From Podarcis muralis (taxonomy: Eukaryota): 64,000 bases of DNA. This document shows, in pieces, positions 1-10,900 of this stretch (positions within the stretch are counted from its first letter, which is position 1; every line of letters starts with the position of its first letter). Below the pieces are notes generated by a model. That model was not told where the DNA came from. It did not search any database and was given only the letters and a program-made list of their open reading frames with translations. The translations under genes were made by a program, and so were the position numbers. Location of the stretch: the NCBI RefSeq assembly GCF_964188315.1, contig NC_135667.1:11904001-11968000 (forward strand), given 5' to 3'.

Positions 1-74
1 CCCTGGGAATATACACTGAGGCTAAATCATACACAACAGTTGTGGAGTCTTCATTCCAGCCACACTCTTCCTAC

Positions 75-1520
75 CTGTAGAATCTTATAAAGCTCCAAGA
101 TGGAGGCCATGTGGCTTGAAGTTTCAGAGTCAAGGCCCCCAATGACAGCTACCAGGTTCTTCTCAACACCACACTTGTAGTTGGGGATGGTTTTCCTATG
201 ATGAGAGATGAGGTTCAAAGTATTCTGATAAGTCATCTTTGCATCACTGTAGCTGTCATAGATCTGGAACCCCAAAGTGATGTTGGATAAAATGTTGGGG
301 TTCTCGTTGACCTCATTCACAGCAAAGACTAAGGAAAGGACATGCTGGTAGTTCTTTGGCAGTACGCTGAAACAATAGAGGGATTATGCATGTGGTGGGT
401 CTTCCTGCTTCTGGTGGACAGACCTCATGTTTTGAAAGTGGATAAAGACACAAACACACACATTATCCCATAAGATTATAATCTGAGGACATGCGATGAA
501 ATTGAATTTTGAAAGATTCAAGGGAGACAAAAGAAAGCAAACACTTAGGTAAACTATGAAATTTATTCCCATAAGTGTTAGCGATGACTACCAACTTATA
601 TAACTTTGTATGAAGATTTGACATTTCTAATGAGGTATATAGCTATTAAGCACAGTGGCTAGGTTCTCTCCCCGGCATTGGAGGCACCATGCCTTTGAAT
701 CCCAGTTTCTGGGAATAGGAGCTGAGAAGACTGCTTTAATGCTCAGGACTTGCTTGTGGGTTTCTCATGGCCACCCGTTGACTACTGTGAGTGTAGGGCT
801 ATATAGGCCTTTGGCCAGACCCAGCAAGGCATTTCTTACATTTGCTGGTTTTTATGACCTCTCTGTGGAGAGCAGAATGAAATGTATGGCACAACTGCTG
901 AAGGGTAGAGTATGAAAAAAGTTCAGAAGGGGAAAATATGGCTGCAGATGAAATATGAATTTCAAAGGATGTCAGTGTTTTGGTTTAAAAAACATTTCAG
1001 GAAATCTGAATTAGTTAGGTGTCCCTTTTAATGTAAATTGAGCTAACGTTCTCATCTATTCCTACTTATGGACAGTCCAGGCGATGGTCCCATGTCATTG
1101 ACTCTAGCTCAATCTACTGATGGTCTGCCTGTCCTCTCTACTACAAATCCTACTAGCGACCTGCCAACACTGAGGAGACTACTTGTTGATCATACTATCA
1201 TGTTTATTATCTATTTTTTATTATTTACCTACATAACCAGGAGCTTTCCCCCCAAAAGAATAAAAATCATGTCCTTACACATATTCATCATCAGTTGTTT
1301 CCTCTGGCTTCTCCTCGAACTCTACTGAAGTGAAGACAGGTTCAAGGAATTGTGAAGTGATGCCACCAATAACAACGTGCCCTGGCTGATAATACTGGTG
1401 TTGGACGTGGAGGAGGTCAATCACACAATGCAAAGCAGAACGTTCCAAAAATAGAGGGAACACCATGAGTAGGACCCAGAAGGGTAAACTTAGCATTATT
1501 GAATTTCTCCTCTTAACCAT
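75..1520 (-). CDS. Vmn2r: V2R gene A, 5' part only (exons 1-2); the rest lies left of the window
   Basis: Exon 1 1279-1520 (signal peptide, [17 protein letters not shown], donor GT|gtaagg, phase 2). Exon 2 75-366 (292 bp, [38 protein letters not shown]...GGLDSETS...KILQ|gtagga). Intactness of the downstream exons cannot be seen. Symbol is family-level only. Confidence 0.87.
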
Positions 1521-2115
1521 AAATCACCTGTTTAAAATGCTTATCTTCACCCAATATCAGCATAACAGGTCTAGTCTCTGTGTATAAATGGTAGAATAGC
1601 TGTCATTGGCACTAGGGTGCTTTTTTATGAGCATTCTGCTGTTTCTCTGTGGCATATGGGCTTTAAAATACCTTACAGATATTGCTAGAGAAAGAATGAA
1701 CTGTTGTGTGTTAAGATAATAACATGGTACACATTCCCAGTGGAGTTGCTAGGTCTGTGGCACCATGTGCAGCAGAAGCATTGAACAAAATATGTTTTGC
1801 CCCCTTGAGAAGATATTATCTGTTGCATTGCAGATTGGGTAGAGCACCTGGTTTCAGGAAGATCTAAATGAAAATAATAGTGGATTAGCCAGGCCATGGG
1901 AGAAAATGGAAAGGCTGGTGTTCCATTATGCTCCAGAGAAGGGAATGTTCCACTGTATAGAAAATGCCTTGCATGAAAAAGTGGTCAGGTCCAGCATCTT
2001 GACTAACAAAGGAAGGAAGAAATAGTTCACTGAGAACTTGGCCAGTGTTAACAGGTGGTTGCTTTTCAGTTTTGCAAGCATGACGTCCATTAGCATTGAG
2101 TACTTTGTTGCTCGC

Positions 2116-2650
2116 TGTCAGGCTGCCAGAAAAGCCCCTCTGCCTGCTGTCTAATTCTCTAACAGAACCAGGCACTGTGATTGCAGAAATCAACTTTATA
2201 GCTCAAGTAACCAAGGAGTTGGCACACAGTACATCCATCAGATAAGCACGTCAGTTGCAGAAGCTAAAGTTCTGTCCTCTCTCCCACTCATTTATCCCTC
2301 TGTCCTTACATTTTTTTCACTGTGACTCAGCCTTCTTAATTGTTCTAGCCTTTTCTCATCCCTTCTTATCCCTCTCTGGGAGTGGAGCAGGGGAAGGAGC
2401 TGAATCAGGACTGTACTGCAGAGCAGGAGACACAGTCCTCGCTCCTTCTCTATCAGCATCTGTGATTACCTCAAGCTGCTCCCCTTCACCCTCACTCTCT
2501 GCTGGTGATTCCTCCCTGTCCCACCAGTCTGAACCTGGTTCCAAATGCCTTTCACTCTCAGATGCCTCCTGGACCACTAGCTGCCACCACTCTTCCTCAT
2601 CCTGCCAGACCCTGACACTCGCTGTGTGCAGTATCACGGCTTACCTGACA
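2116..2650 (-). mobile_element. Probable solo LTR (TGTCAGG...CCTGACA termini), no TSD recognised
   Basis: 7-bp inverted termini at 2116-2122 and 2644-2650; purine-rich minus strand with a Glu/Ser-rich pseudo-ORF, as in the LTR at 3978-4594. The 5-bp flanks differ (CTCGC vs GGATG). Confidence 0.4.
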
Positions 2651-3639
2651 GGATGCCTGGGTTCAGGACAAGGCCTCTTTCTCGCCCACATGAGGGATTA
2701 AGTTGACAGATCAAAGTGATCTGTGGTGGCAACAGGTATAAAGGGGATGTTTATTAAAAAACCCAAGGAAAAGCCAGCTCAGAGCTGCATAGCTTAAATA
2801 AAATGAAAATGTGGGACAGGGGAGTGTGGGCAGTCCCAAAGCACCTCAGAGTAAAGAGGCAATGGCACATCACCTCTTTAAAAGAACATTTTTTTACCCA
2901 GAAGCTATGACCCATAAACTATGACCCAGTGACAGGGGTGCTAAGTGGGGGGTGGGGGCTTCCCCTGAAAATTTTCAAGGAAGGGGCAGGGCTCCCTCAA
3001 CATTTCATGGCAGCCATTGTGGCGCAGGCCAAAGGGCATGCTTGCACCTCCCCACTTTGCCACCGCAATTGATGGCACACGGGCCACATAATGCCAGCAT
3101 GCTGTGATCTGTGCGTAAACCATGGGGCGTCTGCATGACATGTCAACACACACCCCAGTGTGTGCAAGTGACATCAGAACACCCCACAGGATGTGTGCAT
3201 GGCCTGCTGACATCACACTGCCCAGGCACCCTGATCACAGGGGCAAGGCAGCACGGGGGCAAGACACTTGAGATGGTGGACAAAGTCCTTTTCAATCACG
3301 GGGCAGGGCCCTCTCAAAGTAAACACACCCTTTGACAGGGATAAAATTGGAATTACTTGTGGAATATAATCAAAGCACATTTCGGAGAGGAGGGAGAAAT
3401 AGTGGCTTACAGTGGAACATTAATATGCTCCTGAGATGTGGGGTCTCTTGAGGTCAACATCAGAAAAGGATAATAAAAGAAACAATCCAACCAAGAAAGA
3501 TTTCACCTGGCTGGTGCCATGTATGTAGGACATAAACAGGATCATTTGCAATACATTTAAAATTATGGAATTTGCACACCTTATGAGAGAACAGCACTAC
3601 CAACACAAGCATTGCAAAGCTTGACAGTTGCTTTCACAG

Positions 3640-4680
3640 GACAGAATCAGAACTCAAAATAACCATAACACATTGGAGAACTGGGCTCAAGTTACAAAAT
3701 GAATTTCAATAAGGAATAACATAATAAGAACCAGATTCCCAAATATAAGATGGAGGAAACTTGGCTTACTAGCAGTACATGGGGAAAAGATCTAGGGGTC
3801 TTGGTGGACAACAAATTTAACATGAGTCAACAGTATGATGCAGCAGCAAAGACCTAATTCTATTCTAGGCTGCATCAACAAATGTATAGGGTCCGGATCA
3901 AGGGAAGTAATAGTACCACTCTATTCTGCCTTGGAATACTGTATCCAATTTTGGACATCACAATGGAAGAAGGATGTTGTCAGAGCTGCCCTAGGTCCCA
4001 GCTCACAAAGGACCAACGCCAGTTCGTTGTTATATAAAACAGTCTTTATTGAAGCTCAGTTCCGCTTTCACAGCCGCGGCGCGCAGCTCTACGTCTCAAA
4101 CTCTAGACCGCCGAAGCTCCGTCTGAATCTCCTCCCCCCCAGACACCAGTTTAAGACTCTAGCCTTGCTCCACCTCTTCCGTTGCTCTCTTCTCCTCTGG
4201 GCCCGCCTGTCCGCTGGGGTCTCGCCTCTCCTAGACTCTTCTGACGCTGAGTCTCCTGAGTCCTCCCCCTCCCTCCGGCGGGCTTTAGGACCTGGTTCCC
4301 AATCTGGGTTTCCTGCTGTGCCGCGCGCCTGTACATTCGAACTTGGCGCGTGCGCCCAGCCGGAGTCCCCGCTGGCTTTGGGAGTCCCCGCTGGCCCCTT
4401 GCTTCTGGTGTGTCCCCCCTGGGACCCCCCTTGCCCTGGCCATCGGGGCCCCCCTCTGGGAATCTTCTGATTCGCTGGAGAGACTCATGGAATCTCTCGG
4501 GCCACTTTCATACTCCCCTACGCTGCCCTCAGATTCTTCCCCTTCGCTCTCCATCTCCTCTCTCCCCTGTGCCTCTGCTCCTGAGCCCCTGACAGATGTT
4601 GACAAGGTGGAGCTTGTGCAGAGTAGAGCAATCAAGATGATCAAGGGTCTGGAAACCAAGCCTTAGGAGAAACAGTTGAA
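3640..4680 (+). mobile_element. CR1 LINE ORF2 (RT C-terminal) fragment, split by an LTR insertion
   Basis: CR1-type sequence (gatctaggggtcttggtggac..atgagtcaacag; 'ILGCINKCIGSGSREVIVPLYSAL..YCIQFW..KKDV'), resuming after the insert as 'DKVELVQSRAIKMIKGLETKP'. Confidence 0.85.
3978..4594 (-). mobile_element. Solo LTR, 617 bp, with 5-bp TSD
   Basis: TGTCAG...CTGACA termini; TSD GATGT at 3973-3977 and 4595-4599; removing it restores the CR1 frame KKDVDK; AATAAA on the minus strand at 4045-4050; CpG-rich, which suggests a young insertion. Confidence 0.85.
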
Positions 4681-4903
4681 ACATTTTTTTATGAGCAAAT
4701 CTTTCAACTAGTACTAAACAACACATATTTTTATACTGGAGCAGGTTGCAATTACTGTAAGGTTTTCCACATTTTGACGATTGCAGTTCTGACAGTAAGC
4801 AACATCTATATCAAGAGAACGTGAAAGCTGAACCCTTCCCAAACACACAAACCTTAAAACATTTAAAACGTTATCCACTATAATGATTTTAATAGTTAGA
4901 TTG

Positions 4904-7900
4904 TTACTTATTTCTCTTTTTTAGCTGCTCTTTTGAGTTGAGTTCAGGCTTGAAGACAATGATATAACATTTTGGGGAGAAGATACAACCCAAGATTCCA
5001 GCACCGGAGGCCAAGATGGAGAAGATCTCCACGGCCACTATGTACTTCCCTTTGGTGCTTAAGTAGGATGGAACAAAAGAAAGCCACACACTGCAAAACA
5101 CCAACATGCTGAAAGTGATAAATTTGGCTTCATTAAAAGTGTCCGGCAGCTTCCGAGCAAAGAAAGCCACAACGAAGCTGACAAGAGCCAGCAATCCCAT
5201 GTAACCAAGAACAGAGTAGAACATGTTGGCTGATCCTTCATTGCATTCCACTATGACTTCTTCAGGCAGAGAGTGCATGTCCAGATCTGGGAATGGATGG
5301 TCAGTACCCAGCCATAGCATACAAATACTTGCTTGGATAAATGAGCAAAAGAGAATAATAGAGGTGGAAAATCTTGTCCCCACCCATTTCTTCATCTTGG
5401 ATCCTGGTTTGGTGGCCATGAAAGCCAGAACCACCGTGAGGGTTTTAGCCAAAACAGAAGAAACAGCCACTGAGAAGATGATACCAAAGGCAGTTTGTCG
5501 TAGATTGCAGGTCAGTAACTGGGGGCGCCCAATGAATAGCAAGGAGCAGAGGAAGCAGAGCAGGAGGGAGATGAGCAGGGTGTAGGTGAGATTCCGGTTG
5601 TTGGCTTTGACAATGGGAGTGTTTTGATGTTTGATGAAGATTCCAAACACCAAGGCTGTAGTTGCAGAAAAAGCCAGAGCCGAAAGAGCCAAACTGATGC
5701 CTAAAGGTGCTTCATAAGATAAGAAGTTTTCTTTCTTGCTGATGCACTGTTTTCGCTCTTGGTTAGGATACTGATCTTCTTGGCACTGGAAGCAATCATC
5801 CATATCTTGAAGTATAAAGAAATCACTATGATGCAATGTAATTTACAGTATACATGATACAAAACATTATCTTTTTCAGGAAATTTTTAGAGTGTTAACA
5901 TGTTTTGTTTTTAAGGTAAACTATTTTTGGAAGATTATTTTCAGTGGATAATTAAATGAGAATTAAATCTAAATTATAAGCTCCATAAATGTTGGTTTGT
6001 GTTTACACATGCATAGAATTGAAAGGTGTGTTTAGAGAAAAAACAGTCCCCATTCTAGCAATAAGAACTTTTCAAGCTATCTGAATGGAGAAATAATAAT
6101 TAAACATTAATGTTTCACAGCTTACCAGTAGAAATGGTTGTAAAATAGGAAGTTTCATTTACCAATATTCAGAGCATTTCCTATCCCTGAAAGGAAGCTT
6201 AATGTCAACGGAAGACTGAAGGTGCTAATATAATTCAGTTAATACACCCAGGAATATGGTCAAAAAAATACTCTTGAATTGACATTTCTATAATTTTGGT
6301 GATAAGTAAGTTGCTCTCCAAGCAATCCATGAAGTTTTCAGGTGTGGAGGTAAGCAGAAGATATGGTGGTTAGCAATTTATAATATTGCTTATGATAAAA
6401 CACTTTTACAGTGGTACCTCGGTTTAAGAACAGTAAATATATTTCACAAAGAATAAATGGTATTGGGGGAAGAAGGAGGCAGTTGGTAGTTGGTTCTTCT
6501 GTTAGTTGCATTTTTGATTGAAAACGTGGGAGTTTGGTGACTTCAAGCAAACACTGTCTGGAGGAGTTTTTGAGGATGGGCAAGATATGGATTTTAAAAT
6601 TATGCTCTGCCATGAAAGAGCTTTGAAAACAAAAAAGGACTAAACCCTCTCTTGGGCTCAAGGNNNNNNNNNNNNNNNNNNNNNNNNNNNNNNNNNNNNN
6701 NNNNNNNNNNNNNNNNNNNNNNNNNNNNNNNNNNNNNNNNNNNNNNNNNNNNNNNNNNNNNNNNNNNNNNNNNNNNNNNNNNNNNNNNNNNNNNNNNNNN
6801 NNNNNNNNNNNNNNNNNNNNNNNNNNNNNNNNNNNNNNNNNNNNNNNNNNTGTCTTCCCGTGTAAAAGTTGGGGTGTCTAGGCGACGTTTCGACGAGGTC
6901 TCACTCGTCATCTTCAGGCTGGTGCTTTCGGCTTCTTGTTACTGGAACAGAGCAGGATCTCAGTGATTGAGTTCCTATAAATACTGTTGAGGAGGTGTGG
7001 CCTCCAATGTTCTGGGCAGAGAGGAAGTTCCCAGGCTAGTGTGCCTTTTCTTCTTTTGTTCCTTAATTACTTGAGGGATATCTTGAGTGATTTCTTGAGT
7101 TGTATCCTGAGTACCACTTAGGTGGGCCATTAGGTGTGGATTAGTTGCTAAAGCCTTTGTGTCTTGACCTCTTGAACTTTGTGAAGAGTTTTTCTGAGAA
7201 GATGGCTGTACTGCAATTAGTTGTGCTCTGGCTTGGCTTCGTGTATAGGGGCGAGCTGTGGTTTTGTGGCCTGTGCCAGCCAGATCTGTGTAGGGATTGC
7301 AGGGGGGTGCAGCATCCGGAGGTGCCACCATGGTTTGGCTACTGGATGGTGTCTGTAATTTATCTGTGGAGAGGGTCTGGGTTTGGGTCTGGTGTGGTTG
7401 ATTGGTGATGGCGTTCTGTGTGCCTCTGGATCTGGTGTCAGTTTTTGTGGGGAGGGCTAATTTCCAGATGTCTGGCAAGCGGGATGTGTCGTCACGCTTG
7501 TTCATGTTGTGAGGGTGTTTCTCTATCTCGATGGCTTCCATGATTATTCTCTTGTGGTGATGTTCCATGTTAAAGAGCAATTTGGAATCTGCAAAATTAA
7601 TTTCGTGTCCTGTTTCTTTCATGTGTTGGAAAAGAGAGGAAGTTTTTTCTTCTTTTTTGACGGCATTCTTGTGTTCTGCGATACGTGCATTTATTCGTCT
7701 GTTTGTTTGTCCAATGTACGTGGCTGGGCAGACTTTGCAGGGTATTTCATAGACCCCTTGGTTTTCCAACTGGATTTTATCCTTGGGGTTTCTGAGGATA
7801 TTGGCTATTTTTTGGTTGGTGCAAAAGGCTGTTTTGATATTGTGTTTATGGAGGATTTTGCTAATTTTATCTGTAGTGCCCTTGATATAAGGAAGGAGGG

Positions 7901-10900
7901 CCATGCCATTGTTTTCTTCTGTGTCTTGGTTTTTGGGGGGTGTTTCTTTTTGGATTAGCTTCATAACCCTGTTTTGCTGGTATCCATTGGCAATTAACAC
8001 ATTTGAGAGATTCTGTAACTCAGTTGTCAAGTGGTCTTTGTCAGCCAGGCGTTTGGTTCTGGAGATGAGAGTCTTGGCTACGGAGTTTATTTGTGCAGGG
8101 TGGTGGTGTGATTGTGCATGTAAGTAGCGGTTGGTGTGTGTTTTTTTCCGGTAGATAGTGTGTCCTAGGGAGCCATCAGGTTTTTTGTAGATTAGGACGT
8201 CAAGGAAGGGAAGTTGGTTGTTGGCTTCTATTTCCATAGTGAATTGTATTTTGGGGTGTAGGCTGTTGAGATGTGTGAGGAAGCTATCCAGTTTTTCCTT
8301 CCCGTGTGACCCAAACCCAGACCCTCTCCACAGATAAATTACAGACACCATCCAGTAGCCAAACCATGGTGGCACCTCCGGATGCTGCACCCCCCTGCAA
8401 TCCCTACACAGATCTGGCTGGCACAGGCCACAAAACCACAGCTCGCCCCTATACACGAAGCCAAGCCAGAGCACAACTAATTGCAGTACAGCCATCTTCT
8501 CAGAAAAACTCTTCACAAAGTTCAAGAGGTCAAGACACAAAGGCTTTAGCAACTAATCCACACCTAATGGCCCACCTAAGTGGTACTCAGGATACAACTC
8601 AAGAAATCACTCAAGATATCCCTCAAGTAATTAAGGAACAAAAGAAGAAAAGGCACACTAGCCTGGGAACTTCCTCTCTGCCCAGAACATTGGAGGCCAC
8701 ACCTCCTCAACAGTATTTATAGGAACTCAAACACTGAGATCCTGCTCTGTTCCAGTAACAAGAAGCCGAAAGCACCAGCCTGAAGATGACGAGTGAGACC
8801 TCGTCGAAACGTCGCCTAGACACCCCAACTTTTACACGGGAAGACACCCGAGGACACCAAAACCTGCATTCCTGTACCCGTGAAAATCTACGAAAGCATA
8901 TATATATATATATATATATATGAATAATACTTGTTGTTCAATGGTTGACAACCGGACAAGTAAAGGTTTATCTTCAAATCTTTTGTAAGGCGTCTATTTG
9001 TTCACAAATAGCTAACAAAAAACATGTTCTCAATATAGTTGATATACTATAGCATACAGTCCCCTACCTGTCTGGTTTGAAATCTTCCCTTCTGGACATG
9101 GAGTGCAATCATAGCAGCAAAATGGTTCCCCCTCTTTCCTTTGTCTGCTGTAACCTGGATGGCAGTGGTCATTACACAAGGCAAGGGGCACCACCTGCCC
9201 ATAAAACAGAAGTCATTGCATGTATTATATTCTATTTGTGTTTGTTCCTTGCCTTTTCATCAACATGGTTCTGAATTGAAGTAAGGCACCCAGAGGTTTT
9301 TTGTTTTAATCAAATACCACCACCAACTTTACAATGGTTGTTTCAATCACCAGTATTTGTGCATGTTCAGCTTAAAAAGTTCTTCCGCAGAATGATTGCA
9401 ATGGCTCTAACCCTTTGCTGCCAAACACACTACACCAACTACCTTTCACTGGTCAACACATCTTGGTTGAACTAGATAGTCTAGGCATTTCAACCAGTAA
9501 ATGATGGAAGAGCTGCAGGGTTTTAAGCCCTGGAAACCAACATCACTACAGTGACATGTAAACAACCCATCCCTAACCATACAAAGAATCAATGCAGCTA
9601 AAAGGAACTCATTCAGCACGGTGTACATGATGATGAAACAAATCTGGTGAATGTCGACCTATAGACCTCAGAAGCTGCAATTGGGTCCTACCTGGTTAAA
9701 ACTCTGGTGCCATGTAATGATCTTCTCATCAATGGAGAAATCACTGCCCAGTGGTGCTTGGGGATCCATCTTCCCAACTTTCACTCTTAAGAAGGACTTA
9801 TTTGGGAAAGTCACCCAGTTGATAATATCAAATCCACCTTCTAGCTCACGTTTCTCATTAAAAAAGACAGTGTCACCAGCACTGTTGTTAAACAAGATAT
9901 TCCTCAGGAAAGGTTGAAGCTTCAGTGGAAAAAAGAGAATGGTAAATTGGGTAGAAAGAGAGAACACACTACAAAGATTCTGTTTTCTCATGCTGGGATC
10001 AATTCACAGTATTTGTTGAAACTCCCCTTGAGTTTTAAGGGGAGACATGCCTGTCTAAATTCCATTTTAGAAACTAAGGAAAAAAAATTACCTTGAAATA
10101 GTAGCTGCCTTCATTGAATGTAAGTAAACCTTTTTAGTTTTGTGTGGTTTATTCTTAGCAACAGGTAGAAAGTGAGAAAATATCAGCAGAACACAAATAA
10201 ACAGGTATAAATTGTGAAATTTCCTAATTCCTAGCTTCCGGGACGGTGCAAGTTGGATAAGTGGTTTTACTCTGCTAAAAAACGGGCTTCACAGCCTGTT
10301 TGGTCTCATATTTTCCCCACACATTTTGGACAGGAGCTTTAAATTTTAATTTACATATTTAATCCTCAACCCATATCCATCAATCCTAAGATCAACATTT
10401 CCATTCAACATTTTTCAGTAACTGCTAAAAACATACAAGCATTGCAATATTGGCAAGACTTTTGGCTTAAATTTGCCAGCATGCTTCCGTACAACTTACC
10501 GTATTTTTCGTCCCATAGGACGCTCCGTCCCATAGGATGCACCTAGTTTTTTTGGGGGGGAAGGGGGGAAATTCTTTATTTTCCCCCCAAAACCACGTCG
10601 GGGGACAGCGGGATGACGGCGCTGCGCCTCCCCGTTTGTCCCCCGAGCTTGTGGGGCTGGCTGATGTCTGCCCGAAGCATGGGGTGCTCTGCTTCAGCGC
10701 GCCCCACGCTACGTGCAGCAGGTTGCTATCCGCAGCCTAGGGAGCCCTGCGGGAGTTCCCGCAGGGCTCCTCAGGCTGCAGATATCTGCCCAGCGTGAGG
10801 GGCGCTCTGCTTCAGGGCGCCCACGCACTGGACAGCAGGCTGCTATCAGCAGCCTAGGGAGCCCTGCGGGAACTCCCGCAGGGCTCCCCACACTGTGGAT

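Larger units (their letters stand above)
6851..8897 (-). mobile_element. 5'-truncated Penelope-like retroelement (RT C-terminus + GIY-YIG endonuclease) with inverted terminal arms
   Basis: Minus-strand coding from about 8307: RT thumb region ([32 protein letters not shown]) then GIY-YIG domain ([23 protein letters not shown]). 6851-7389 is the reverse complement of 8308-8846 (539 bp, one mismatch seen). The plus arm ends in (TA)n. Confidence 0.92.

Noticed and set aside
2930-3335. GC-richer segment as an exon or a defined element
   Set aside because: No V2R similarity, no termini or TSD, and no second copy in the window; probably an old repeat I cannot classify.
4285-4666. Ser/Glu-rich and Pro-rich ORFs (also 2255-2701 and 61783-62290)
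   Set aside because: Low-complexity readings of purine-skewed LTR sequence; no splice or domain support.
5223-5585. Recurrent plus-strand ORFs opposite exon 6 (also 18402, 30679, 40908, 48479) as a conserved antisense gene
   Set aside because: Shadow ORFs caused by codon usage of the conserved 7TM exon; starts and stops vary between paralogues.
6600-6966. ORFs spanning N runs (also 38988-39423)
   Set aside because: Artefacts of translating assembly gaps.
6975-8552. 525-aa ORF as a novel protein
   Set aside because: Chimera: the first ~83 residues are the antisense reading of the inverted arm, fused to a truncated Penelope RT/GIY-YIG. The ORFs at 7145-7408 and 8306-8722 duplicate its two ends for the same reason.
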